From a virus (Duplodnaviria > Heunggongvirae > Uroviricota > Caudoviricetes), in the IMG/VR virus record IMGVR_UViG_3300018475_000095: a stretch of 64,000 nt of DNA; one strand, 5' to 3'. Position 1 is the stretch's first letter. Each line of letters starts with the position of its first letter. The position numbers and the translations under genes are program-made. Below the pieces are notes generated by a model, which made no database searches, was not told the origin of the DNA, and worked only from the letters and a program-made list of their open reading frames with translations. Positions 1 to 12,041 of the stretch are shown here, piece by piece.

Positions 1-522
1 TGTACTATCATATCCTGTTGCTCCCTCAATCGCGATAATATAAGTCCCATATGAATAATAAGTATGAGTGTTAGTGGTGTCAGTAATGGTTTTATCTCCC
101 TCGTAATCCCAATATTTAGTACCGTTAAAATTTACAGTAACTGTGTGTCCCTCAGTTTCTATATTAGGAGCAATATCTTCAGTTATTTCAACTATTACTT
201 CAACCATTCCGCTCTTAGTTTCATAAACTGGTCCAGCCATTATATCTCTTTTAGTTACAACTGTCGAGGTTCCTGCTTGGTCTAAATCAGGACATGAGCT
301 CACCCAACCGGTTGCAACTAATCTATCATGATTAGTTGGTAAGGCAGGCAAAGTAAAAATGTCTCCAGTATTAAGCCATTCTTCTTTTAAAACTGTCCCG
401 TCAATATCAACTGCGCGGCATAAATAAGTGCCTGTAGAAACTTTAGCTGTAGTAACAAAGTTTACCGATTCTAAACTAAAAAGTTTATTGCTAAGAGGGC
501 TTTTGTTAAGTATTCTTCCCAT
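1..522 (-). CDS. hypothetical protein, 5' part only (start ATG at 522..520, gene runs off window start)
   Basis: Open minus-strand frame from ATG 520-522 to position 1 with no stop. Its ATG abuts the stop of the upstream 592-aa gene. Absent from the ORF track because no stop lies in the window. Confidence 0.5.
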   Translation of the reverse strand, partial: MGRILNKSPLSNKLFSLESVNFVTTAKVSTGTYLCRAVDIDGTVLKEEWLNTGDIFTLPALPTNHDRLVATGWVSSCPDLDQAGTSTVVTKRDIMAGPVYETKSGMVEVIVEITEDIAPNIETEGHTVTVNFNGTKYWDYEGDKTITDTTNTHTYYSYGTYIIAIEGATGYDST

Positions 523-2301
523 CTATACCTCCCAGTTAGTACTTATTGCTTGATATAAAATGTTATAATCAATCACATCTGTGCCATTCGTCATTGCAAT
601 TGATTGTAATTTATTTTCATTATTTCTAGTGATTGTTATATCATCTAATTCTACTTCTGGAATTATTATTTCTTTATAAGTACCATCATCTGATAAATAA
701 CTATTACCACTACCAGAAGTTATTATTTTATCTACTTTTGCTTTATCTGAATTTATATAATTGTTTTCTTGAATCCAAGCATTATTTTGATATAAATAAG
801 TTATATCATTATCTCTAACATATACTTTTAGTCCATCATATTTATTTGTTAAAGCATTTCTTTCTAAAAGTGTTTGCACAATCAAATAATTTAAGTTTGA
901 TTCTATATCAGATAATTTATCTCCTAAATTATTAACTGACATCTCACCATTTAAATCAACATTTATCTTTAGATTTTCTGTAGAAGATCTAACAACACCT
1001 AATGTTTCTGTAGTTGCTACTCCTACCAATGCTTGACCTAAATCTGTCCAACTAAAATCATTTGGATAATTATTATTTAAAATCCAAGTATGATTGTCTT
1101 CTAAGTTAGTAACACGAGTACCATTCCATATTTCTCTTGGGTCATCTATACTAGTTATTTGGTCTAAAGCATATTGTGTTAATTCACTTAATGTAGATGC
1201 TGATGCATCATAATTACCTTCAGAATCTAATACTATATTATCAGTTGGTAGATCTGGAGTTGTTGTATCAAAATCATAAGGATTTAAATATCCTCCAACA
1301 CCTTCTATCGCATCTACCCTTTGAAATAATTCATTTATATTTTCAGTATTAACTTCATTATCCGCCTGCAATTCTCTCACATCTGAAGGTGTAATTACTC
1401 CAGTTGGATCACCTATTGCAACTGCTTGTAATTCATTTTCACCAGTATAAATAATGAATGAAATAATATCATTTACTACTGGAGTTCCTTCAATAGTTAA
1501 TCCAAATTCATTCGCAGTAGCTATTACATCTATATTTAATAATTTCCAAGTTGGGGAATTTGATATATCTAAAGTACCATCTGTAATTACTAATTCAGGG
1601 ACTGCTGTTATATGTAAAGTATCCGCTGTTTGTGAAGTTTGTAGTTTACCAGTATCCGCAGCGTCTACATATTGAAGTTGAATCTCAGATCCATTCTTAA
1701 TATGCATGTTAAAATCATGAATTTTTTCTATAAATTTGATAGTATCTATTTCAAAAGATATTATAGAAGAAGAATCTATTTCTTTATCTTCTACATGAAC
1801 ATCAAAAGGTCTTGCACCAGTACCAACTATAGTCTTACCATCTACATATACACCTTTTAAAGCAAGTTTTTTATTCTCTTCTTCGCCTACTAATTCAAGA
1901 GTATCATTATCTGGTAAAAACCCAGCTTGTATTTCTACGCCATGATTTTCCCTACCATAGTTATAAAACCTTAATTTACCTGTACCATTAATTTCTTCTA
2001 TATTTATTTGTTTTGCTTTTCTTTCAATCTCTGAATCTTTAGCAATTCTAGCAGCTTCTTCGAGGTTTATATTTGTTTGAAGTACATTATCTGCTTCTAT
2101 TCTACTAGTGATCTCTGCATCAATTTTAGTGTCTAAATAAGTATCTTTATCTTTTAAAGAAGTTAATTTCTCTGGTAATTTTCTAATAGCATCTATGCTA
2201 TGAGCACCGTAAGCATTTCTATTTGATAGTTGACTGTGGTCTATTACTGATTTATTAGCAATCTCTTTTATTTGGTTGTCTACTTTTTTAACTATTCCCA
2301 T
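523..2301 (-). CDS. large hypothetical protein, possible tail fibre / receptor-binding structural protein
   Basis: 592-aa ORF whose C-terminal half is rich in T/S/N/G/D, as in fibre proteins. No catalytic motif recognised. Confidence 0.5.
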   Translation of the reverse strand: MGIVKKVDNQIKEIANKSVIDHSQLSNRNAYGAHSIDAIRKLPEKLTSLKDKDTYLDTKIDAEITSRIEADNVLQTNINLEEAARIAKDSEIERKAKQINIEEINGTGKLRFYNYGRENHGVEIQAGFLPDNDTLELVGEEENKKLALKGVYVDGKTIVGTGARPFDVHVEDKEIDSSSIISFEIDTIKFIEKIHDFNMHIKNGSEIQLQYVDAADTGKLQTSQTADTLHITAVPELVITDGTLDISNSPTWKLLNIDVIATANEFGLTIEGTPVVNDIISFIIYTGENELQAVAIGDPTGVITPSDVRELQADNEVNTENINELFQRVDAIEGVGGYLNPYDFDTTTPDLPTDNIVLDSEGNYDASASTLSELTQYALDQITSIDDPREIWNGTRVTNLEDNHTWILNNNYPNDFSWTDLGQALVGVATTETLGVVRSSTENLKINVDLNGEMSVNNLGDKLSDIESNLNYLIVQTLLERNALTNKYDGLKVYVRDNDITYLYQNNAWIQENNYINSDKAKVDKIITSGSGNSYLSDDGTYKEIIIPEVELDDITITRNNENKLQSIAMTNGTDVIDYNILYQAISTNWEV

Positions 2302-2625
2302 TATTTCCTCGTTATAAAATAAAAAATATCTTACATCTACTTGTGATAGATAGTAAGATATTATAGCAAAAATTACCTATATAAAATAGGCTGAATTTAT
2401 TCAATTTTAATTTTCGCTATACAGTAACTATCTCTAGTTCAACAAGCTTTATTTTAATTATCAATAAATTTAGCAATAAAAAAGAAGCTTTTTAGGCCTC
2501 TTTATAAAGTTTTTTATTATTTATATTAAGTTGATAATAATATTCATCTAAGGTTATTTCTTTAGCCTCTAAGAGTATATCTAATCTTATTCTATTTGCT
2601 TTATATATTTGTTCTTCTATTGTCA

Positions 2626-3267
2626 TTATTGAACTTTTGTATATAATACCCAAACATCTATTAAATTATCTAATCTATCACATTTTGTTACAGTAGATAT
2701 ATCTAATTTATTTTCAGGTGTTACATATATCTCTGATTTACATAAATCTGAACCAGATGTTACACTAACCCTGCCATCATTGCCTGCTACTACATATCCA
2801 CCACATTCTATAATAGAATATGTATCAGATGTTATTTCATTTGTAACTTTTTGATTTGCATTTATGCTTACTATGAATGATTTTCTAATGCCAAATACTC
2901 TTCTAGTTGTATTTGATGAGTCAATTATATTATAACCCATATCTAATTCTTCACCATAAGGTTGTACTAACAAGTCCGCTAATGTCTTTCTTGAATCTTC
3001 TATTGTAACCCAAGAATAAATATCTCCTTGTTTCTTTCTTAAGTATTCACCATCTTCAATTGGCTCTGTTATAACATGGTCTGTTTTTATAACTGGTAAA
3101 TTTTCAAAAGTATGAATAGCATCACCTATTTTAAAGTCATAAGTAGTTCCATTAAAAGCAATAGCTGGCTCACCTTTTGCTAATACAACATCTTTCATAT
3201 TAGCAATATCATCTTGTCTGAATATTATTTTAGTTATTTTTTTATCCATTATATACTCCTTTAGCAT
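2626..3267 (-). CDS. hypothetical protein
   Basis: 213-aa ORF, co-oriented and tightly packed with its neighbours. Confidence 0.55.
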   Translation of the reverse strand: MLKEYIMDKKITKIIFRQDDIANMKDVVLAKGEPAIAFNGTTYDFKIGDAIHTFENLPVIKTDHVITEPIEDGEYLRKKQGDIYSWVTIEDSRKTLADLLVQPYGEELDMGYNIIDSSNTTRRVFGIRKSFIVSINANQKVTNEITSDTYSIIECGGYVVAGNDGRVSVTSGSDLCKSEIYVTPENKLDISTVTKCDRLDNLIDVWVLYTKVQ

Positions 3268-3757
3268 TTATTGGCAATAATTCTAATTCAAAAATTGAAT
3301 CTGCTCTACCACCACTTATCTCTAACCCATATTGACTTAAATCAACATATTCATTGCCGCCATCAGAAAAAGCTGTTCCACCATTTATATATAAATCAGG
3401 TGTGTTTTCATACACATAATATGTAGCATTATCATCTAATTTAGATAATCTATTAAACTCTTCTTGAGATAAAATGTATTGATCTATTTTTAACTTAGCT
3501 ACATTACCTTCTTTGTCAAGTATTAAGCCAGATTTTTCTAAAAGTTTAATTTCATCACCAAATGAATCACTATTTATCTGAACCCATTTACCTTCTGTAG
3601 AATTAGGTTCTCTAACTCTCACATAATAAAGATTGTTTGATTGAGATTCATCTAGGTCTTTTACAAAGTTTTCATCATTATCTAATTGACTAACTTTAGT
3701 AGGTATAAGACCTTTTGTATAAGCAGATAATTTAGCTCTAATTCTTATTGGTTCCAT
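3242..3757 (-). CDS. hypothetical protein
   Basis: 171-aa ORF whose end overlaps the downstream gene. Confidence 0.55.
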   Translation of the reverse strand: MEPIRIRAKLSAYTKGLIPTKVSQLDNDENFVKDLDESQSNNLYYVRVREPNSTEGKWVQINSDSFGDEIKLLEKSGLILDKEGNVAKLKIDQYILSQEEFNRLSKLDDNATYYVYENTPDLYINGGTAFSDGGNEYVDLSQYGLEISGGRADSIFELELLPINAKGVYNG

Positions 3758-3766
3758 CTTACCTCC

Positions 3767-4255
3767 TTATTTAACATTTAGCACACAATCTTCCATTTGA
3801 AGAACTGTTTGGTCAAAACCTAATTTTTCATCACTTATACTTAGAGAGCAATAATAAACTCCTCTAACTAATTTATTAGATAACTCTTGATCTATAGAAA
3901 AAATTACTTTACTAGATGTTGCTTTAATTACCTGTGTGTATATAATCTCTCTTCTAAAATTATATAAATTCATAGTAACTAATTTTCCATCTATAAATTC
4001 ATCTATTGGAGACCATTGAAGGCTTCCTTCAACTGTAATTTCACCTTCTATATTAAATTCTAAGTCAAAAGTATTGCCATAATACCACCAATAACCAACT
4101 AAATTACCTTCTATATCATAATCAGCATAATAAGGTCTTGTTGGTTTACATAGGTCTAAATTTGGACAACATTTTTCTGGAGGTGGGCAAGTAGGTCTAT
4201 TACTTGGTATATACATGTCTGGTATATTTTCGTAATTTGAAAACATATTTGGCAT
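3767..4255 (-). CDS. hypothetical protein with Cys/Pro-rich N-terminus
   Basis: 162-aa ORF with N-terminal CPPPEKCCPNLDLC. Confidence 0.55.
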   Translation of the reverse strand: MPNMFSNYENIPDMYIPSNRPTCPPPEKCCPNLDLCKPTRPYYADYDIEGNLVGYWWYYGNTFDLEFNIEGEITVEGSLQWSPIDEFIDGKLVTMNLYNFRREIIYTQVIKATSSKVIFSIDQELSNKLVRGVYYCSLSISDEKLGFDQTVLQMEDCVLNVK

Positions 4256-4268
4256 TACTTACTCTCCT

Positions 4269-4574
4269 TTATACTTCTTCAAAATTTTCTTCTTTATCTA
4301 TTAATATAGAATCTAATTCTTCTTCATCTCTTAATACTTCTACTGCTTTAAATTCTATATTTGCTCCATCATAATATTCTATATCTGCTTGAGCTTCTTT
4401 AACTAATCCATCATAGTATTTTCTAGCAGCTTCTTCAAAAGCAAAATATCTTCTACTTACATTACCATTTAAAGATAAAGTAACTTCATAGTATTTTCTA
4501 AATCTTCTTTCTATTTGAGATACAAAAGTATTTAATTCTTCCGATTCTCCAAAGTCTTCTCTTAAAAATTTCAT
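4269..4574 (-). CDS. hypothetical protein
   Basis: 101-aa ORF. Confidence 0.5.
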   Translation of the reverse strand: MKFLREDFGESEELNTFVSQIERRFRKYYEVTLSLNGNVSRRYFAFEEAARKYYDGLVKEAQADIEYYDGANIEFKAVEVLRDEEELDSILIDKEENFEEV

Positions 4575-4584
4575 TTATAATCTC

Positions 4585-5112
4585 CTAAAAGCTAGATAAA
4601 TTTTTATTAGAATTTACTTTACTAAATTTTTCTTTATAATTCTTGTTTGCTTGATTTATTATTTTAATAGCTTCTATAGCATCATATATGGTTTCATCTA
4701 ATATCATATTAGATTTTTTACCTTTATATCTCTTAAGAAATTTTAAAGTCTTCTTTTCTAATTTATCTATATGATCGATTGGTTCATCGTTTGCAATAAC
4801 TAATACTTTATCATCAACTTCACCATCATCAATTGTTTTAATAACTCCTATCGGCTGAACTGAAACAATATCTAAAATGCCTCTTTGCTTGTTAGATAAT
4901 AATATCATATCCAATGGGTCACCATCTCCAGCAAAAGTTTCTGGAAAACATCCATAATAAAATGGATATTTTCCTATTACTTTCCTTACGCAGATTACAT
5001 GATCATTATTAGGTTCAACTAATTCATATTTACTGTTTGTCCCTTTAGGGATTTCAATGATTCCTGCATATGCAGAATCTTCTTTTAATCTAATATCTTT
5101 TATATAATTCAT
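4585..5112 (-). CDS. ppa: inorganic pyrophosphatase (family I)
   Basis: EIPKGTNSKYE and DGDPLDMILL match the family I PPase signature motifs. Confidence 0.85.
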   Translation of the reverse strand: MNYIKDIRLKEDSAYAGIIEIPKGTNSKYELVEPNNDHVICVRKVIGKYPFYYGCFPETFAGDGDPLDMILLSNKQRGILDIVSVQPIGVIKTIDDGEVDDKVLVIANDEPIDHIDKLEKKTLKFLKRYKGKKSNMILDETIYDAIEAIKIINQANKNYKEKFSKVNSNKNLSSF

Positions 5113-5124
5113 TATAAAATCTCT

Positions 5125-7377
5125 CTATAATCTAATATCTGGATCATCATCTATATTATAAAAATCTTCATCCGAGATAATTGTTTCTTCACCTATATCT
5201 TCATTCTTTTCTTTAACTGAATGTGCTATAGCAACTGCTTGTTTTGGATCTTTACCTGCTTCTATTTCTGTTTCTACATTTTTCTTAAATGCTTCTTCTG
5301 AAGATGATTGAATAAGTTTTTCAACTATATTTCTATTTAAATCAAGAACATGTTCATCGTGCTCTTCATATTCACCATCACAATATGCACCATAGCATTC
5401 ACCAAAACTGCTTACATGTATTTTATCTTTACCTATTTCTTTAGCATATTCAACAGCAGCATCAAATGAATCAAATTCATCTTCTTGTTCGCCATCTTTG
5501 TCTACAGTAAATGTAACGATTCCTTTCTCTTCGGCTCTAGATAAAGCTGTAAAATACTCATCTTCTAATTGAGTATAGATGTCTGCTCTACCTTCTTGCA
5601 ATTTGTTACTAAATAATTTAAATAGATCTTTATGAACAATAAATTCCGAACCATGTATGTCTACATCAATGATATCTTCGAAATCAGTTTCTGTGCTTCC
5701 TTCTACTTCATAAGTGGCGTTTCTAGTTACATAAATATAATCTTCTGCAGTTTCTTTTAATTTATTAGTTAATTCTCTAGCTTCTTCCCTAGTTAAATTA
5801 TCACCTTTAATTTCACCATCTGAATCTACTATATAATATGAATTAATTAAATGAGTATCTTCTGTTAAATCTTTATGCTTAGGATATTTTAAATGAAAAG
5901 TAGAATTTTTACCGTGTTTTCCATATGCAGTTAAATGATCGTCAATTATAAATGAAATATTTTTTGATAATAGAAAATCTTTAAATTCATCTTCTGCTTC
6001 TGCTTTAATAGTTATTTGATAAGGAGATTGATCTATTTTTCTTTTTGCATCTTCAATAGATAGAGCTTCTAATAATTCAACATCTTCTTTTTTATGCCAT
6101 TTTCTATAAGCATCTGTTTTTAAATAAGCAGTTATAATTCCAAGATCTTCATGATCAAAATAAGCGCTGTCATCATATTTTTGGATAATTAAGTCTAACT
6201 TATTTGCTAATTTATCCATTTGAGTGTAAGGCAACTGTGCTCTAACTTCCACCCTTGTTTGAAAATTATTAATTGGAATAATATCTACATAAAGATAATC
6301 TCCAATTAAATCATTATAATCTTCTTCATCTAAACCTGAGAACCTCTCTCTTACAGCTTGTTTAATTTCTTGTTTTAAAGAAACTATATTTATATCTTCT
6401 GTTAAACTTTCATCGCATTTTCTGATTACTTTAACATTGCTATCAGCTATGAATTCTTCTTTATCAGAAGGTTCTAATCCAAGTAAAGTTAATAAGCTAG
6501 AATTTTGTTCATAACCAGCATACATCTTAGCAAATTCTTTAGCTATCTCTTCTGGCAAGTATTTTTTATTTATTCTGTCTAAGTAATCTTGGCATAGTAC
6601 TGGGCAAAAATCCATTTTAGCTTTTCTTGTTTCAGGAGCTTCTACTTCATAACAATATTTATAAGTATTAGCATAATCTTCATCTTTATGATCAAGCATA
6701 TGTATGAGATGTTCAGGATCTAAATTTAATTGATCTTTATAAGCATCAATAACTTCAGAGCTTAATTTGTAAGTTTTATTTATAATATCACCTACTTTAT
6801 ATTCAGTGTCGCTATAATGATATAAAGGAGCATTTATATCTTCATTTAATTCACTAATTACATTACCTTCATCGTCAAATAAATCATAATATTCTATGGC
6901 TTCTAAAAATTCTTGTGTAGAATAATCTGGGTCATAGATATGACATGCAGCAGCTACTGCTTTTACGTCTGATAGGTCTTTAGGCGAATAATCTCTTTCC
7001 CAACCTATTATATTATGAAGAACATATAAAGTATGTTCCATTGATGGCATAGTATCGATATCTTCTTCTAATTCATCTAAATTAGCTTTAGGTGGATAAA
7101 TAGTAACATTGTGAATAGCACTATAAGTATCAGAACCATCTTCTTCAGTGACTTCTTTTTCAATACTGAAATCTATATCACCTAAAGTATCTTCAATTAT
7201 TTTATCAGCATACAAATGATCATGTTTCCAATCTCCCCAACTGATAGATACTGCGAATGAATCTTTGCCTGTAGGCCAAATATCTGGATAAATTCTTGCA
7301 TCAGCTAACGCTTTACTAACTCTATCTATTATCTCTTCTGTGCTACTAGCTGCAACAGCTTCTTTTAATAATTTCAT
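5125..7377 (-). CDS. large highly acidic hypothetical protein
   Basis: 750-aa ORF, very D/E-rich, with no recognised catalytic motif. Confidence 0.65.
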   Translation of the reverse strand: MKLLKEAVAASSTEEIIDRVSKALADARIYPDIWPTGKDSFAVSISWGDWKHDHLYADKIIEDTLGDIDFSIEKEVTEEDGSDTYSAIHNVTIYPPKANLDELEEDIDTMPSMEHTLYVLHNIIGWERDYSPKDLSDVKAVAAACHIYDPDYSTQEFLEAIEYYDLFDDEGNVISELNEDINAPLYHYSDTEYKVGDIINKTYKLSSEVIDAYKDQLNLDPEHLIHMLDHKDEDYANTYKYCYEVEAPETRKAKMDFCPVLCQDYLDRINKKYLPEEIAKEFAKMYAGYEQNSSLLTLLGLEPSDKEEFIADSNVKVIRKCDESLTEDINIVSLKQEIKQAVRERFSGLDEEDYNDLIGDYLYVDIIPINNFQTRVEVRAQLPYTQMDKLANKLDLIIQKYDDSAYFDHEDLGIITAYLKTDAYRKWHKKEDVELLEALSIEDAKRKIDQSPYQITIKAEAEDEFKDFLLSKNISFIIDDHLTAYGKHGKNSTFHLKYPKHKDLTEDTHLINSYYIVDSDGEIKGDNLTREEARELTNKLKETAEDYIYVTRNATYEVEGSTETDFEDIIDVDIHGSEFIVHKDLFKLFSNKLQEGRADIYTQLEDEYFTALSRAEEKGIVTFTVDKDGEQEDEFDSFDAAVEYAKEIGKDKIHVSSFGECYGAYCDGEYEEHDEHVLDLNRNIVEKLIQSSSEEAFKKNVETEIEAGKDPKQAVAIAHSVKEKNEDIGEETIISDEDFYNIDDDPDIRL

Positions 7378-7379
7378 TC

Positions 7380-8249
7380 TTACTCCTTTAACCCATGCGC
7401 TTCATCTAAATCTAATTTATCTTCTTCGAAGAATTCTTCACTATCATAAATTTTTGCTAACTCATCTTTATATCTTGTTAAATGATTTTCAATGGTATCT
7501 TTTATATTGTTAGATATTATTACTTTATCATATCCTTCTTTATAGCCCTTATCATCTAGCATACTTATTTTCTTTCTTAATATAGATACTTTTTTATCTA
7601 ATTCAGCTGTTTCATTTAGAGATTCTTCTGCTACTTCTTCGATTGTATCTAAGATAACCTTAGTGTGACTTATACTATTATATTGTCTATCAATCGCTAT
7701 ACCTAAAAGTTTACCTCTTATATAACCATCTTCATATTCAATTTCAACAGTTTTATTTATAAAAGGACTTAAAGCCTTTATTAATTCAGTATTTTGTTCT
7801 TGATAATCTTCATCATAACCTCAGTAATCTGAGTGATAATTAAATTTTTCAGCTTCATTGACTGTTTTAATTAGTTTATAATAATGATCTACTTCACTAA
7901 GGGATGAAACATCTAATTCTTCTACTTCTTTATTGCCGTATGTACTATCGAATATTAAATAAGATATATCTTCTATTTCCTCGTTAGATTCTTTTAATGA
8001 TTCATCTATATCATTTTCTTTTATATTTTCAATATCTTGAGCTAAGTATTCTAACGGCTGTATTAGATCATTTCTAATATATGTAGCTAATTCTTTATAA
8101 GTAGTTGCTTTAGTATATGCGCCTCTTATAGTATTTCTTATCTCATAGATAAAACTATTCATGTCATCTAATACATTTAAATCAACATCATAGTTATCTT
8201 CTAACTCCCACCCGTCGTTAATATCTTCTAATAATTTTTTAAATTGCAT
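7380..8249 (-). CDS. hypothetical protein with one in-frame TGA (7821-7823), probably read as Trp
   Basis: Track ORFs 7821..8249 and 7380..7562 are in the same frame. The 258 nt between them are open (verified codon by codon), so a single TGA separates two open halves. Confidence 0.55.
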
Positions 8250-9115
8250 TATGCGTCTCCTTCAATATATGGAAGATTTATTATATCTTCTCTTAATAAT
8301 TTTAATTTCGTTATCTCAATTATCATCAGATGTTTTATATTTAACCAGTAAGATAATTCTGAATTAGGTTCAATTATTAATTTTAAGTCTTCATTTTCTC
8401 TAGCTTTAAACACTAAATATATTTGATCTTTTATTCTAGTTGATTTCAAAAAACCATATTTGAAATAAAGGTTACCTAATTGATTTATTTCTTCAAAATC
8501 TAGTTTAACGAGATAATACCTATTACTAATAAATTTAGCATTTAAAGTAACTTCTTTATTTTCACTTTCTTTAATTATTAAACCTATTTTAGCTTGTTCT
8601 CTATTTAGCACATTAAAATCAGTATTATTTTCAGTTAATTGTAATTCTTTATACTCATTTTTATATGAATAGCCAGGTAGATAATTTATAGTTCTATCTA
8701 GTATTATTTTTAACCATGTAGATTTATGTAAATAATTTAAATCTACTAATATTGGTTCTTTTATATATACTTCGTTGATATCTTCTGTAGACTCAAATAT
8801 TAGATGTACTTTTATTTTCTCTTGCTTGCTGTAATCTATGACTGATATATTATTCCATTTTAAATATTTTGGGAAACGTTTATCTATATCCAAAGTATTT
8901 TTATTAAGTATGCCTATCTTAACTTCTGTGATATCTTTCGAAGCAGTCATATAATTACATCTGAAATATAATTTTGTTAGATCTGGTAAAATCAATTCTT
9001 GTTCAATACCAAATATTTTTGAACTAGAAGTAAGTTTGCCATTTTCATATCTGCAGTTTATAAATTTTCATTGATCGTTTTCAAATTTTGTATCAAGTAA
9101 TAAATTATATGACAT
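8249..9115 (-). CDS. hypothetical protein with one in-frame TGA (9068-9070)
   Basis: AAGGAGA RBS followed by ATG at 9115..9113, then 15 codons, a TGA, and an open frame running into track ORF 8249..8995. Confidence 0.55.
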
Positions 9116-9169
9116 ACTATCTCCTTAAAATAAAAGAAGCTATATTTAAATCAATAGCTTCTTTACTAA

Positions 9170-9595
9170 TTATTCTTCTATATCTTTAACTTCTGAAGCT
9201 TCATCTTCTTCTGGAACTGCGTATATTGGTTCTTCTACATGTTTAAGTGTATTTTCTTTTCTTAAAATCTCTTTTCTTGATTTAGTTGCATCTTTTAGTT
9301 CATTAGCAAGTTTTAATTTTTTATTATGCAATTCTATTTGTTTGTCAACTTTCAAAAGTTTTGCATCTAGTTTTTTATCAGCAAGTTCAAAGTCTCTTTG
9401 ACGTTTAATTTCATCTCTATGTTTTCTTGCTTCAGATCTTTTATCAATATCTTCTCTTTTATCTTGAACTGCTTTTTTAATTTTATAACCAAGTGCTTTA
9501 CTTTCGCTTACAATAAATGGAATAACAAATAAAACTAAAATAAATATTCCAAATGCTGCTAATAAAGCTAACATAATCCATCCAAATATTTCCAT
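9170..9595 (-). CDS. membrane-anchored coiled-coil protein
   Basis: N-terminal TM helix followed by a K/E-rich helical region. Confidence 0.55.
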   Translation of the reverse strand: MEIFGWIMLALLAAFGIFILVLFVIPFIVSESKALGYKIKKAVQDKREDIDKRSEARKHRDEIKRQRDFELADKKLDAKLLKVDKQIELHNKKLKLANELKDATKSRKEILRKENTLKHVEEPIYAVPEEDEASEVKDIEE

Positions 9596-9617
9596 ATTCT
9601 TATCTTCCTTTTAAATA

Positions 9618-11342
9618 TTAATAATGCATACCTTCTTCAGGGTCTTCATCCATAACTTCGTGAGGTATTTCATTTAATATATCAGAAGCTTCTGCTTCTC
9701 CGTCTTCTATAGTCTGGGTATTAGGAGATATTGTGCTTAAAGAAGTTTCAAGCATGCCTACATGGTTCATTTCTTCATTAACTATATCTTTAAATACTTT
9801 TGCAATATCATGATAACCTTCTAATTCTGCTGCTACTATAGCATCATTATAATCTTGAATTGCGTCTCATTCTTCTTTAATTAGTTTAGTTAATTCAGCT
9901 GCTAATCCTGCTTCTGGACCTGGTTGAATTGAATCTGGTGTTATTTCACCCCCATCCTCGATAGTAGTTCCATCAGTATAATCTTCTTTTAATTCTTGTT
10001 CTAATTCTGCAGCTTCAATTCTGTCACCGAGAGAACCTTCTTCTCTTTCTTTAACCATTTTTTTAATAGTCTCTTCTCTCGCTCTTTCTTCTGCCGCTTT
10101 TTGTTCATCTTCAAAAGATTCTTCTAACTTGCCACCATTTCTCCAAGTTAAATAAACTGTATCATATGGGATTTTAAAAGCTTTAGATATAATTTCAAAT
10201 ATGCCTTCTCTTACTGCGCTATCGAAGCCTTCTCCATCTTCTGAAGCTATTCTATAAAAATCTTCTCCTGATTGCATTTCTGACCATATATCAGCGATAG
10301 TTTTTGTTGGGTGTATTTTATCTAATTGAAATTCTTCTGGGGATATTTCTGCGTAAACTTCTTTTATTTTTCTTTCAGGTCTAATATCAAATTGAGCATA
10401 GAAGTCTTCAAAAGATTCTTTAACTATCTCAGTATCTTCTAACAATCTGATACCTTTTCTAATATCTTCATTTTCAGTTGGTCTTACAGAAGTTATTTCA
10501 ATATCTTTATCGGGTTTCTCATCTAAGAATTTCTCTTTAGCTTCTTTTTCATTAGAAGCTTTAACTCTTACTGCACCATATCCACCATATTCAAATCCCT
10601 CTCTATTATAATGAATAGTAAATTCTTTTTCTAAATTATTAATATCTTCTTTAATAATTTCTTTTTCTTTAAACCCCAAATCTTTTAAAACTTGTTTAGC
10701 ATATGTTGGATTTGTTTTGCTTTGCTTAACTATTTTATCACCATCATATATTACGATAGTTCCATCATCTTTTATATCAAAAGACATTTCTTTGCCGGCT
10801 GCGCCAGAAGTGCTATATATTTCTTCTTCTAAGCTTTCAGTGTCTATATAAAGAGAAGGTATACCTAATGTTGATTTAACATAATACTTAAAGCCATACT
10901 TATCTACGATTGCTTTAGCATCATCAAGATCTTTTTCATCTTTTATAAATTCGTATGATTTATCTTTTCTACTAAGTTGTATCTGACCTTCAGGTTGTCT
11001 CTTTCCTATCCTATAGCCAATTGGATCTGCGTTAACTAGATATTTAGCTTTACGTAATTCATCATATAAATCATCTAATATATCTTCTTTAGTTTTCTCT
11101 TTCTTTTCATCTAAAATATCTTCAAACAAACTTTCATCTAAATGCATTTTCTTTGCACCACTAACCATTTTAGGATTTTTTGGTTTTTCATCATGTTTAG
11201 GTTCTGCTTGTATTTTAGTGAACTCTGCTTTCTTTTTTTCTGCTTTTTCTATATCTCTGATAGCAGCTGCATAAGTTTGATCAACTTCACCATGATCTTC
11301 TTTCTCTACTGGAGCAAGTCCTATATTTTCATTCAATATCAT
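9618..11342 (-). CDS. acidic hypothetical protein with in-frame TGA (9867-9869)
   Basis: Track ORF 9867..11342 continues after the TGA for 82 more sense codons to a TAA at 9618-9620 (verified). Confidence 0.5.
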
Positions 11343-11354
11343 TTTATATTCTCC

Positions 11355-11966
11355 TTATTTAATTACTTTATCCAATTGACCTGGTAAAGTATAGATATAA
11401 CCCTCATCTAACCATTCAACTTGAGTTTTATCTTGGGCATAGATACATATTGCTTTTATACCTACGTAAGAAGTACAAGTAAGTAATAAACCTGTTAAAA
11501 CACAGATTAAAGCACCAAATACTCTTGATTTAGTAGTTAATTTTCTATAAACTCTATTTACTTTTTCAGCTTGTCTTTCTTGTTTTTTAATTAGTTTTTC
11601 TACTTTTTTATCTATTGCTTTTGCTCTTTTTATCTTAGCAGTATTTAAAACTTCTGCTTTAATTAAATTTTTCTTTCTATATATTATAACACTAATTATA
11701 ACTTCAATAACATATACAATAGTTGCAAACAAACTTGCAAAAGTTACTTTAAACATTAAGTCACTTAATATTGATAAATAAGTAGCATGTATATTTGTAA
11801 AGAAATCTATTTTGGAAAGATAATAACCACCTATAAGCGAACCAACTGTTATGAATAAATTCACTAAACTTGCTTTCCATCCAAGTTTCTTACCAATTAG
11901 TATAGATGATACAAATACACTAACTAATACTAAATTAACTATTATTGGAAATATGATACCCATCAT
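11355..11966 (-). CDS. membrane protein
   Basis: Several predicted TM helices and a basic helical segment. Confidence 0.55.
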   Translation of the reverse strand: MMGIIFPIIVNLVLVSVFVSSILIGKKLGWKASLVNLFITVGSLIGGYYLSKIDFFTNIHATYLSILSDLMFKVTFASLFATIVYVIEVIISVIIYRKKNLIKAEVLNTAKIKRAKAIDKKVEKLIKKQERQAEKVNRVYRKLTTKSRVFGALICVLTGLLLTCTSYVGIKAICIYAQDKTQVEWLDEGYIYTLPGQLDKVIK

Positions 11967-11999
11967 TATTATATTCTCCTTATTTTATACATTAAATTT

Positions 12000-12027
12000 A
12001 GCAGGTTATTAGATTAAATAACCTGCT
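12000..12027. terminator. 10-bp hairpin between genes 12042..12434 and 11355..11966
   Basis: AGCAGGTTAT / ATAACCTGCT; the T-run is better on the plus side, so orientation is ambiguous. Confidence 0.35.
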
Positions 12028-12041
12028 CCTATTTTAATTTT

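Noticed and set aside
64-285. Plus-strand ORF of 73 aa, and all other plus-strand ORFs in the track (for example 633..818, 1454..1860, 11142..11387, 12825..13361, 45237..45560, 59073..59327).
   Set aside because: All are short, low-complexity, embedded antisense within longer minus-strand genes with recognisable products, and lack RBS. Likely AT-rich chance ORFs.
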